From Octopus vulgaris (Eukaryota), in contig OX597825.1 of NCBI GenBank assembly GCA_951406725.2, positions 15,686,001-15,750,000 of the forward strand: DNA of 64,000 bases, written 5' to 3'. This document shows positions 13,574 through 26,560 of this stretch, in pieces. The translations under genes were made by a program, and so were the position numbers. Each line of letters opens with the position of its first letter. Position 1 is the stretch's first letter. The notes under the pieces are model-generated. The model made no database searches and was not told the origin of the DNA. It saw only the letters and a list, made by a program, of their open reading frames with translations.

Positions 13574-14593
13574 TGAGAATTAACGTAACGAACGAGTAGT
13601 GAAACAACACCTACACTAACCATAACCCGCTATAGCTTTAATACAAGCGTAAGGATATAATAAGATTTAAAACAGCTGAGGTCTACCATCACACATATGC
13701 ACACACAACATATATACGTACGTGTTCTTATGTTGGCGACACAAAAGGAAGCGAAAATAAACTACTAAACATTAATGCTATCAGCTTCCATATTTTACTA
13801 TAGGGATATGGTAACGATAAAATCAGTTTAAAAAAAAAGGTGTTTGAAAATATGTATCCACTGAAAAAAAACTACAGTTTGATATAAGGAAAAATATTTG
13901 GGAGACTATAGACAAAGAATAAGTGCTTTGAAAAGTAGGGAAAATATAGACAAACAACAACCGTTGAGTGTGTTTATGGGTTTTGTTTTACTTATGACTT
14001 TTTCCGAAATGTAACAATATTGTATCGATACAGGATTTCAGATAAAAAAGATTTTGCAAAGCAAATTGAAAATTTGTATTTATCTTTTTTTATTTTTTTT
14101 TTTTTTTTAGAGAGACAAGTGCTTGTTGCCAAATGATGAAATATTCGATCGCTTCAATAGTATTTAATGACTCGGCAATGTGTGAATAGTATTGAATAGG
14201 AAGGAAAAGAAATTGTAAATTTAAGACAAATAGTTTTGGTGTCTCACAAAACAGTTAACCAGTAAGAAATCACTGATATTCGAACAACTTGTTGTAAGGA
14301 ACAACTTATGATAAACAAATAAATAAATATATAAATAAATAAATAAATAATGCTACGTTAGACGGAATACGTTTTACACAGACATATTCTCTCTGTTCAG
14401 TAATAATTTTACAGCAATTTCAAAATACAGAAATTTAAATAATATTAATTTAGTAAATTAGAAGAACAACGAGAAGAATAAAATAACCGCAAAGAAACAA
14501 CAAAACTAAACTAAGTATCAAACATGTGATAAGAAGTATTCTCTCTCTTTCTCTCTCTCCCTCTCTCTCTTTATCTCTCTCTTTCTATTGCTC

Positions 14594-14654
<61 letters not shown>

Positions 14655-14820
14655 AATATATATATGCATGTACATATATTTACATATATGTATAAATCAA
14701 TATGTACATATATGGATATATATATATATATATATATAGGTATATATATGGACATATATGTATATATAATTATATATATATATGTATGTATATGTAATTA
14801 TATATATATGTATGTATATA

Positions 14821-14851
<31 letters not shown>

Positions 14852-15789
14852 GTGTGTGTATATATATATGTGTGTGTGTGTATTATGTATGTATGTATGT
14901 ATACACATATATGTAGGCGTTTGTAAATATTTTTCCATGCGAACATACAGAAACAAACCTTTATACACATTCATATAGACAAAAACAGAAATAATCTTAT
15001 GATTTCCAACCAAACTAAAAAAAAAAAATGTTCTTCGTTTGGTTTATTTCGCATGTTTTTTCCTCTTTTTTTATTTCATGTTCTTTTTATTATTTCTTTA
15101 ACTTTTATATTTTTGCAGTTTTTTAGTTTCGTTGCTTCTTTTTGTTTATTTTGTTTTGTGTATGTTTGTGTGTGCGTATGTGTGTGTGTATGTCTTTTTA
15201 TCGGGAAAAATACTGTGAGTGAATTTCCTCTATATTTTGTTTCTGGATTCTCAGACCTTACAAGTGTTATGTCTGATAAATCTGCTGGCTTTAATATCGC
15301 TATTACAAATCTTACTGGCGAAGAAGCCATAGAGTATTTGAGTAGACATTAATTTTGCTGAGTTCTTTCTTCTGCGTTTCAATTTTTTTGCTTGTTTGTT
15401 TGTTTATTTTTATTTTTTTTGTTTTTGTTGTTGTTATTGTTGTTGTTATTTTGTCGTCTGTTTGCTGGTTGTATTTCTTATTTGTTTTGTTGTTTGTATT
15501 TATTTGTTTTGTTTTGTTTTTTTTTGCTTATTTTCTTGCTTAATATTAGCCAACATAGTAAGTTCCATGAACAGAATATGAAGATGTGCATTTATGCTGT
15601 GTGTGCGTGTGTCTGTGTGTATCTGTGCGTGTGTGTGTCTGTGTGTATCTGTGCGTGTGTGTGTCTGTGTGTATCTGTGCGTGTGTGTGTGTGTGTGTCT
15701 GTGCGTGTGTGTGTGTGAACGCATAACATGTGTGTCGTATATACTTCAACACTTGCACATACGGACACATGTATATACATATATGTGTC

Positions 15790-15821
<32 letters not shown>

Positions 15822-15886
15822 CATGTATATATGCGTATATATATATATATATATATGCGTATATATGTATATATACATATATATGC

Positions 15887-15939
<53 letters not shown>

Positions 15940-16215
15940 AACATACATACATGCGTACAGATGCTTCAATATATATATATTATATATATATATAGTTCTG
16001 TGTGTGTGTGTATATATATATATTTATATATGATATATTTATATATATATGTATATATACTTGTATATACATATATCTACATACTTCCATACATGCATAC
16101 ATACATACATGCTTACACACATACCTACGTGCGTACATACATGCATGCATACATACATACATACATACATACATACATACATACATACATACATAAATGC
16201 ATAGTAAATCCATAC

Positions 16216-16401
16216 AAAGAAACAGTGAAACAGCCGTAGGGAGTGGAAAAATCCCATATTGTGGACATCGTCATTCTTCAGGGGAAAGTATACAGGAGTG
16301 AAATTTAAAAGAAATAGCAGAGCTTTACACCTTTAAAAGAGGGACATTGTTCGAAACATGGGATTTTCCATAGCTTACAATAATTTCACTGTACTATCTT
16401 T
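16216..16401. repeat. Diverged inverted repeat with a degenerate HHR-like motif in each arm
   Basis: Minus arm ccc-CTGAAGA-atgacgatgtcc-acaatat-gggatttttcc versus plus arm cctttaaaaga-gggacattgttc-GAAAC-at-gggattttcc. Confidence 0.55.
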
Positions 16402-16443
16402 GTCGAGTTTACTCTCTATGTGTGTGTGTGTGTGTGCGTGCGC

Positions 16444-16506
<63 letters not shown>

Positions 16507-16736
16507 CGCACACTTGTGCGAATGAGTGAGTGAATATATGTATGTTATTATTTAGTTTTATTTCACGATTTCTTGCCAATAAATAACCGATTTCTAGCCC
16601 AAATCCAAGGCTTCTTCATTGCATGTATGTATGTATGTATGTGCTTATGTTTGTATGCATAATGTATGATGTATGTGTATACACACACACACGCGCACAT
16701 TCTATATGTTTGTTTGTGTGCGTGTGGCAGAAGCGT

Positions 16737-16790
16737 GTGCCATCTTATCGCACGTTCTTCATGCAACACCTTGCTTAAGACTTGTAAGAA
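16737..16790 (+). repeat. 54-bp direct repeat, copy 1 (copy 2 at 18557-18610)
   Basis: gtgccatcttatcgcacgttcttcatgcaacac(c/a)ttgcttaagacttgtaagaa; one mismatch between copies. Confidence 0.95.
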
Positions 16791-17739
16791 TACAGTTTAA
16801 AACAGCAATCTATGTATCATGCCGAAAGCAGATACTTCATTGAAAGTCTATTTTACACCGGTATTCGTTCTGAGATAATGTTTCTTAAAGGCATATAGTG
16901 TTAAGAAAGAGTGAAATATACCAGTTTCAGACGAAAAGTGTCCAGCAGCGGTGTTTGGTAGCACTAAATGTGCATTTCTGTCTCTTTCGATTTTGTCAGG
17001 AGTCCACTGGCAATGCTAATATATAATCAACCGTCATTGATATAGAAAGACAATCATTAAAAAATCACCGAGTTTGTACTTAGCCAGAAGCCTTAATAAG
17101 AATTCTTTTATCTGCGACAGTAGCAGTATTAGTTTAATATAGATATTTGTGTATCATACTTAAAGCAGATCAATCTTTGAAAGACTAATTTACTGCAGTA
17201 TTCGTCTCAAGAAAAATTCGGCTAATTGTGACACCGATGATCATTCAATCACTGTCTCACTACATTACTAAGGGCCGATCTGTCGGGGGTTATTTTCATT
17301 GCTCACATGATGGATCTGTTCTAAGAAACCGTGTCCTTAAGAGAATTGTTGTACTAAGGGGAGGCTATATTTAAGGCCGCTTCATCCACTGACAATTGAA
17401 GATTCGCTTGCCTATCTGATTAATCATATTTTTAAGACTACATGGTGGATGGGTGGAATTATTATTAATGTAGAATAAACTTTAGGTTTACAATAAAGCC
17501 TAAAACTGCTAGTTTCTCGGTCTGAAGTAATATCTAAAGAGTTGACACGATTACATTTCATATTAACAGCAACTAAGAGAGAATATTAAATCCTTATGCT
17601 AGAAGAATACAATAACATATTTTCCGAACTTATTGCGCTCATGACCCATCTTATTATGAGTATTAATAAGCCCGCCATCCCTGTATTCACCCATTCTTAA
17701 GTTTTGGAATTCTTTGTGCAAATAATGTAAAATATATGC

Positions 17740-18157
17740 ACCTATTTCTTTACTACCCACAATGGGCTAAACACAGAGAGGACAAACAAAGACAGACAAA
17801 CAGATTAAGTCGATTATATCGACTCCAGTGCGTTACTGGTACTTATTTAATCGACCCCAAAAGGATGAAAGGCAAAGTCGACCTCGGCGGAATTTGAACT
17901 CAGAACGTAGCGGCAGACGAAATGCCTATTTCTTTACTACCCACAAGGGGCTAAACACAGAGAGGACAAACAAGGACAGACATAGGTATTAAGTCGATTA
18001 TATCGACTCCAGTGCGTTACTGGTTCTTATTTAATCGACCCCGAAAGAATGAAAGGCAAAGTCGACCTGGGTGGAATTTGAACTCAGAACGTAGCGGCAG
18101 ACGAAATACCGCTAAGCATTTCGCCCGGCGTGTTAACGATTCTGCCAGCTCGCCGCC
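17740..18157 (-). mobile_element. SINE family A dimer
   Basis: Head at 18157; two bodies joined at the recurrent junction (~17925). Confidence 0.92.
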
Positions 18158-18556
18158 TTTTACCAAACATAATTCTGCCCCGTCATACACAGCCATATTC
18201 ACAACGTATAATTTATCCCGGCTTTTCTTAAACCAGCTTGAGTCGTGGAAAATCGGCAACGATATTCTAGCAAGCAGAATCACTTCAATGTCTGATTCCC
18301 TTAAAGGAATATATACCTTAGTAAGATAAAAATCTACTATATACTAATTCTAGTTTGATAGTATATGCCACTGATTTTGTATACCTAATCTTCAGCAAAC
18401 TATTTAATAAAGAAAATCACATTTTATTGAATGGACAGCATCTCCTAGCTTTCACTTACAAAGCATTATAGTATAGAAACACTTCTGAACATTAATAACG
18501 TTAGCAGCACAACAAAACACAATAAATAACTCTCTAGAAAGAAAGCTAAAATCCAC

Positions 18557-18610
18557 GTGCCATCTTATCGCACGTTCTTCATGCAACACATTGCTTAAGA
18601 CTTGTAAGAA
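18557..18610 (+). repeat. 54-bp direct repeat, copy 2
   Basis: Matches 16737-16790; the copies are 1820 bp apart. Confidence 0.95.
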
Positions 18611-19100
18611 CACAAAATGTCTTTTGTTTGATATTAAACAGCTTTTTGTACGCTATGGTCTAATGGAGTGGATCAGGATTATTTTTACCTATTGTGTTAA
18701 AACGGTCACTGGGTTGCGGCGAAGCTGGAGTACTATAAGTCACAGAAGTACTTTTTTCTAAGTCTGCTACTTATTTCGTCAATTTTTGCCGAGCCATTAA
18801 GTTACAGGCACGTAAACAAACCAACACCGATCGTTAAGCGAGCAAGCGAGTGAAAAGATAGTATAGACACAAAGGTTCATAAACAAACATACACTGAAAT
18901 CCCAAGACCTGGCTGATGCCATACCAGACGGTTCTTGTCTGATAGGATATATGTATCCGTGCTCTAAGTACCGAACATCTATATGAGAGGACTTCTCAGT
19001 GCGAATACCGCGTTCTAATAATCCATATCAGATAGAGTATAAAGACTGCCAGCCACACGCACGCGCACACACACATATATATATGTTTTATATATATATA

Positions 19101-19296
19101 TAGGGAGATTTTACGAACAACAAAAGATGAAGACATGTGGTGTACAAAACAAACACATGTATTAGTATAATGCTCAGTAATAGAAAAAGTCTTTTACGTT
19201 TCGAGCCTACGCTCTTCTACAGAAAAGGACAGAAAAAACAAGGAGAGAAACAAGGAGAGAGAAAAATGTGTGTAGTGGCTAACGATCAATCATGGT

Positions 19297-19299
<3 letters not shown>
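19101..19299 (-). mobile_element. ~200-bp element with minimal HHR (19191-19227) inserted in (TA)n
   Basis: Minus strand cttt(t)-CTGTAGA-A-GAGC-gtag-GCTC-GAAAC-GTA-aaag; homologous to 22932-23078; TA tracts on both sides. Confidence 0.7.
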
Positions 19300-19376
<77 letters not shown>

Positions 19377-19566
19377 CACACATATACATACATTATTCGA
19401 ACTTACACACAAGGTACAAAAAACTTCTATGTACACCATTCTGCTTAAACAATGGAACTGCAGATACAGTATCCTTACGTATCTCACGTCTGTTTTGATT
19501 CCTCCACTTCACTCTGTATTTCATATCTTCTCTATAATAACTATTGCTTAACCATTTTCTCGCACC

Positions 19567-19614
19567 GTCTCTAACGTAAGGACATATAAAATATCCCGGA
19601 AACAGCTGTAAGAC
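19567..19614 (+). ncRNA. Degenerate type I hammerhead
   Basis: GTCT-ctaacgt-aaggacatataaaatatcccg-GAAAC-AGCT-GTA-AGAC; stem I and palindromic stem III intact, CUGANGA box mutated. Confidence 0.55.
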
Positions 19615-19674
19615 CTCTTTATAAATGTTCTGAAATATTTCAAAGCCTTGGATTTTTTATGTCATTCTGTTAAT

Positions 19675-19731
<57 letters not shown>

Positions 19732-20506
19732 GTGTGTGTGTGTGTGTGTATGTATGTTTTCGTCGGGCTGCTATCGGTTTCCGTCTAGCAAATCCACTCA
19801 CAAGACTTTGGGTGAGTCGGGGCTATAGTAGAATACACCTGCCCAAGGTATCACAAAAGAATGGCAATTATTTTATCAAATTCATAAAAAGGATATATAA
19901 ACTCGACTTCGAAAGACTGTGAACTGAGACGGTATAGCAAGGCACTGCATTTTTGAACACGAAATCTACAGATGTTAAACAAAATACTGTACACTATTTC
20001 ATCCGATGCCTATATTTTATACCAATTTTACAGTCCCATTTTGAATAGCATCTACACATCGGACTTTTCAGAAATTGCCCATTAATGCACCGTTATCCAG
20101 ATATATTGTCTAATATGTTTTCAAAATCGTATTCAATAATCGATAATTGTTATCTAAGCTAGCCGATTTTATTTCTATGTGCACTATAAACGTTAAATAC
20201 GTGTAGTTATCTATATTTGTGTGTATTCATATATATATATATATATCCACAATAAGCAACAAGGATATCCAAAGGTATATCTGAATATATATATATATAT
20301 ATACCTGTGTAAGTATAGATATATGTAAATATATGCATATAGTGTGTGTATATTTAATGTATATATAAGTGACGTTATTGTCTTTTACAACATAGCCAGA
20401 TGTTACGTCTCTCGTCAGCTCGGAGAAGACAATTTTTGTTACCGAATATACTCCTTCCTTGTTGCTTCAAAAGCAACAATCCTGAACTCCAGGTGTGGCT
20501 GAAATC

Positions 20507-20673
20507 CAGGAGTGGCTGTGTGGTAAGTAGCTTGCTTACCAACCACATGGTTATGGGTTCAGTCCCACTTCGTGGCACCTTGGGCAAGTGTCTTCTACTA
20601 TAGCCTCGGGTCGACCAAAGCCTTGTGAGTGGATTTGGTAGACGGAAACTCAAAGAAGCCCGTCGTATATATG

Positions 20674-20739
<66 letters not shown>

Positions 20740-20944
20740 TGTGTTTCTGTGTCTGTGTTTGTCCTCCTAGCATTGCTTGACAACCGATGCTGGTGTGTTT
20801 ATGTCCCTCGTCACTTAGCGGTTCGGCAAGAGTGCCCGATAGAATAAGTAATGGGCTTACGGAGAATAAGTGCTGGGTTCGATTTGCTCGACTAAAGGCG
20901 GTGCTCAAGCATGGCCGCAGTCAGATGACTGAAACAAGTAAAAT
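20507..20944 (+). mobile_element. SINE family B
   Basis: caggagtggctgtgtggtaagtagc...(GT)n...gactgaaacaagtaaaa. Confidence 0.92.
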
Positions 20945-21048
20945 AGTATATATATACATTCACCCAAAGACTTCCAAGATTTGATAATACAGGTATTTCT
21001 ACTGAATAAGCACACAAGAACTATTCACCATTCTTACTGGGCGATTCC

Positions 21049-21385
21049 TCATAACTCCATCATCTCTCAATTACTGCTTCTGCGCCTTCCTTATTACTTT
21101 ATTAAAAATAAAATATTTACGTTTTCTCAGTTCTACTGTCAGTCGTTTTCAAACATTCATAGTTGATTCTCATGTTTAAATTACTCCCTCACTGAAGATT
21201 ACTTCAGATGAAAGATGGTCTCAGGAAATAGAAATGAATGCTGTGTGTTCTTATTATTCAATTTGGATTTCAGTTGTTGAATACGGACGAGTCGGAATTT
21301 TTACTTTTCAACAACCATAGTTGACAAAATTGTTAGAACACAGGACAAAATTTGCCTGTATTTTTATGTTCTGAGTTCTGATCCT
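21049..21385 (+). repeat. ~330-bp diverged dispersed duplicate (other copy ~32793-33130)
   Basis: Collinear similarity, e.g. ctgaagattacttcagatgaaagatgg versus ctgaagattgcttcagatgaaggatgg. Confidence 0.85.
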
Positions 21386-21623
21386 ACCTCTCCAATTCTT
21401 CCTAAAGACATATATTAATATATCTTTTTATCTTTTACTTATTTCTATTTCAGTCATTAGACTGTGGCTTTGCTGGGACACTGCCTTGAAGAATTTTAGT
21501 CGATCGAATCAACCTCAGTAATTATTTGTCTTTTTAAACCAGGCACTTATATGGAGCATTTTGGCGAACCACTATATTGCAGGTCACCCCAAATATCATA
21601 TATATATATATAAATATATACAA

Positions 21624-21624
<1 letters not shown>

Positions 21625-21716
<92 letters not shown>

Positions 21717-21722
21717 TAATAA
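21625..21722. repeat. (AAT)n microsatellite
   Basis: Direct reading. Confidence 0.98.
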
Positions 21723-21767
21723 TAAAAATATTAGTAATAATAAATTTAATATATATGCTTCTATGGC

Positions 21768-21841
<74 letters not shown>

Positions 21842-21964
21842 TGTGTGTAGGTATATATGGGGTTTGTTTTCGTTCGGTTCCTTGTATGTCTCCATTGTTT
21901 TGGTTTTGTTCCCAACTATGACCCTCCATAAATCCTAAATTATATTTTAGAATTTATGGGAGCA

Positions 21965-22019
21965 ACTGTCTTTGAAGATTCATATTGTCGTTGAATGCTC
22001 GAAATGAGGAGTAGACAGT
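21965..22019 (+). ncRNA. Degenerate type I hammerhead in an island between (GT)n and (TA)n
   Basis: ACTGTC-t-TTGAAGA-ttcatattgtcgttgaatgctc-GAAA-tgagga-GTA-GACAGT; 6-bp stem I, damaged stems II and III. Confidence 0.5.
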
Positions 22020-22161
22020 CAGCCGATAACTGATGAAAGGTTCTTTCTCTGTGTTTACTTATCCTGTTTTCCATTACTTTCTCTCGTTATTTACGTATTT
22101 AAGCCGTATGTTTACGTATTTCATGTTGATGGCACAGTTGGTGACGTCTGGTACCCATATA

Positions 22162-22442
<281 letters not shown>

Positions 22443-22694
22443 AAGGGGGATGACCACTAAGTGGACATTCATTATGCTAGATAAAGACTCCATATGGCGT
22501 GACCACTAAGAAAAGATTGTTCTCAAGAAAATTCAGCAAACGCCAGAACGTAAGCGAGCAAGACAAATGAAAAGCATTGAGACTGATTATCATAAGTAAT
22601 CCTAGATGGTCCTTACAACTCGATGCGGTTAACCATAACTAGGATAATAACCAAGTGCACGAACAGTACCCGCGCCTGGATACGCTTTCTCTAT

Positions 22695-22754
<60 letters not shown>

Positions 22755-22755
22755 G

Positions 22756-22791
<36 letters not shown>

Positions 22792-22931
22792 TGAATCTAT
22801 GTGTATATATATATATGTAAACATATATATATATACATGTATACATATATATATACATGTATACATATATACATGTATATATGTATACATATATACATGT
22901 ATATATGTATACATGTATATATATGTATACA

Positions 22932-23078
22932 TCTCTCTGTGTATCTTTCTGTTGAAGAGCGTAGGCTCGAAACGTTAAAGACTTGTTTTATATATATTTC
23001 CTGAGCGCCATACTAATACAATTGTTCGTTTGTTTTCCACCTGCCTTCGTCTTTTGTTTATTTTCATAAAGCTTCCCT
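22932..23078 (+). mobile_element. Short element with minimal HHR (22944-22981)
   Basis: TCTTT-CTGTTGA-A-GAGC-gtag-GCTC-GAAAC-GTT-AAAGA; the 3' end abuts (TA)n. Confidence 0.7.
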
Positions 23079-23134
23079 ATATATATATATATATGTATAC
23101 ATATACATATGTATATATGTGTGTGTGTATACAT

Positions 23135-23480
23135 GGTGGACGGTGCCTACACTAGAATGTTATATGCAGAACTCAACATCTCTTAGAGGGAGCTCTCAGC
23201 AAAACGGTTATGTGTAAATGTACCAATTTTCTCATCAACCATCCAAGAGCGGAATTTAAGATTTGCTGGCTACTATTGGAGAAGTAAAGAAATTGTGAGT
23301 AATGTGCTGCTGTAGACACCAAATCATGGTACCACAGCGGCTAGAAGAGCACGGAAGGCGTATGTGCTACAGCTTGCAGATGTTGTATTCCAATTTGAAG
23401 ACCTAAAATCACTAACGGAAGATCCGATAGGATGGAGAGAGGTGGTCAAGCTGGCCCTGACAATCAACCTGACTGGATGA
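23135..23480 (+). mobile_element. RTE-clade LINE 3' ORF remnant
   Basis: VDGAYTRMLYAELNIS*...IQERNLRFAGYYWRSKEIVSNVLL*TPNHG...AYVLQLAD...EDPIGWREVV, a typical RTE C-terminus. Confidence 0.8.
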
Positions 23481-23656
23481 TCCCTCGATAAAAAAAAACA
23501 AAAAAATTTATATGAATATAAATATACATGTGTGTATATATGTATAAATAAATTATCACATATGTATGAGTATGCAGACATATAGAGAGAGATATGTATA
23601 CACTTATGAGTAATGCTTGTATAATAAGTATGTTCATATATATAAACATTTTTATT

Positions 23657-24067
23657 GTGGCTGTGTGGTAAGTAGCTTGCTAACCAACCACATGGTTCCG
23701 GGTTCAGTTCCATTGCGTGGCATCTTGGGCAAGTGTCTTCTGCTATAGCCCCGGGCCGACCAATGCCTTGTGAGTGGATTTGGTAGACGGAAACTGAAAG
23801 AAGCCTGTCGTATATATATATATATATATGTATATGTATGTATGTGTATGTGTTTGTGTGTCCGTGTTTGTCCCCCTAGCATTGCTTGACAACCGATGCT
23901 GGTGTGTTTACGTCCCCGCCACTTAGCGGTTCGGCAAAAGAAACCGATTGAATAAGTACTGGGCTTACAAAGAATAAGTCCTGGAGTCGATTTGGTCGAC
24001 TAAAGGCGGTGCTCCAGCATGGCCGCAGTCAAATGACTGAAACCAGTAAAAGAGTAAAGAGTAAGAG
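23657..24067 (+). mobile_element. SINE family B
   Basis: Near-complete copy with an (agagta)n-like tail. Confidence 0.92.
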
Positions 24068-24126
24068 TATATCTTAATATATTTATATATGCATATTTAT
24101 ATATGCATCATATATGTATATATATA

Positions 24127-24178
<52 letters not shown>

Positions 24179-24664
24179 TCGGGTATGTTTGTGAGTTTGT
24201 ACTTGTGTGTGTGTGACCATCTATATCACTGTCTCTCCAGCTCTGGTAGTTTCCTGAGAGGAAGTAGCGCATTGCAGCGTCTGGCTAAATGTTATCCGCT
24301 CTAGCAATTCAATCAAATGATAATTACGTTTCCTAATTAACTATAATTACTATACTGTCTCAGAAATCTCCCAGATATACAATTTAATAGTCTGTGTTCC
24401 AAAGAAAATACATAGCATATTTGATATCTGTTGTCATTTCTTCCGCTTGCAAAATATCTAACTCGCTCGAACATTGTGATTGCTGGCCACCCTACAGTCA
24501 TTCATTCTCGCGATATCAATCATGTGTGTGTGTGTGTGTGTGTGAGAGAGAGTGTGCCCGCGCGCGCACGCGCACGCGTGCGTATGTGTGCCTGTAAGTG
24601 TTTGAGTGTGTCTGTGTATGTGCGTGTGAGTGTCTAATATGCGCTTGCGTTTGTTAGTATGTTT

Positions 24665-24705
<41 letters not shown>

Positions 24706-24752
24706 GTATATATATTTATGTATATATATATATATTTATGTATATATATATT

Positions 24753-24833
<81 letters not shown>

Positions 24834-24870
24834 ATATATATATTTATATATATTTATATATATATATATA

Positions 24871-24927
<57 letters not shown>

Positions 24928-25158
24928 GTATATATATATATTTATATATATATATATGTATATATATATGTTATATATGTGCGTGTGTACATATATATAT
25001 ATATATATGTGAAAATAAATATCTGTTTCTTTATATATGTGTGTATGTGTGTTTGTGTATTTATATATGTGTGTAAGTGTGAGTGCGTGCACGTGCGTGT
25101 GTGTGCATGTGTGTGTGTGTGTGTGCATGAATATACATATATATATACGTATATGTAT

Positions 25159-25237
<79 letters not shown>

Positions 25238-25762
25238 TATATATATATATGTACATATATATATATATACATATGCACATTTGTGTGTGTGTGAGTGTGT
25301 TTTTGTGTGTGTGCGCGTGTGTATTGATTCGGGCTGAGAATAACATTAAGAGTACACGTATTTATAGAATGTTCAGCTACTTATATGTTGATTCAATTAG
25401 TAGATAGTTTACATGATCTAACAACGGAATAACAGAATACTCCTCGTCGAAATTGACGTATACGCACTCAAATGATCCATATACATACACATATACAAGC
25501 ACACACACACACACACATGCATAATACGTATTATATATGTGCGATATATTATTAATATATCTCTTCTTAATTGTATTAAAACAACGGACAGTAAGCTAAC
25601 AAAAGACAGCAATGAAACGTATAGACACATATTTATTCAATAAAAGTAAACAGCAACTTTAAACTTTCGCCATTTTGAAAAACTTTTTCGACGAATCTCT
25701 GAAGTGATTGTCAACAACTGTATAAGAAAGATAACTGGTGTATGAACATTTCATTTGTGTAT

Positions 25763-25798
<36 letters not shown>

Positions 25799-25841
25799 AG
25801 TGTGTGTGAGAAAGAGAGTGAGTGCGTGTTTATATATATAC

Positions 25842-25931
<90 letters not shown>

Positions 25932-25935
<4 letters not shown>

Positions 25936-26128
25936 TTTATTTAAAAGCAGCAGAAATTCAACAAAACCTGTTACTCGGAGTTAAACTGTCCGACGAACGG
26001 GAACGTGAAACTCCGAGTAACAGGTTTTGTGAATTTCTGCTGCTTTTAAATAAAGCATATTACTCTACCCCTGGTATTTGAGCACTCTTTTTTCCACCTT
26101 GTTTCACTATTTATGTGTTTACTCCGGT

Positions 26129-26129
<1 letters not shown>
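25932..26129 (+). mobile_element. PLE-type insertion: 51-bp inverted arm, HHR and 3' tail, in (TA)n
   Basis: 25932-25982 is the reverse complement of ~26009-26059; the HHR lies at the fold; AATAAA at ~26049. Confidence 0.8.
25986..26023 (+). ncRNA. Minimal type I hammerhead, U4C core variant
   Basis: CTGT-CCGACGA-ACG-ggaa-CGT-GAAAC-tccga-GTA-ACAG. Confidence 0.72.
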
Positions 26130-26219
<90 letters not shown>

Positions 26220-26439
26220 CGTATATATATATACTGGCCATGGTTTTCTTGCCACTCCCGTAATTTAGCGGTTCAGCAAAAGAGACCGATGGAGTAAGTA
26301 CCAGACTTGAAAATCAGTACTAAGGTCGATTTGTTAAACTAAACCTCTCGAGGCAGTGCTCCAGCATGAGCGCAGTCCAACGACTAAAGCAAGTAAAATT
26401 AAAAACATAAAAGATACGTGTGTGTGTGTGTGTATGTGT

Positions 26440-26560
<121 letters not shown>

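Noticed and set aside
22030-22045. CTGATGA motif
   Set aside because: No downstream stem II-GAAA
25683-25728. ttcgacga-atc...gat-tgtcaac-aact-gta-taag resembling an HHR
   Set aside because: Too many core mismatches to separate from chance
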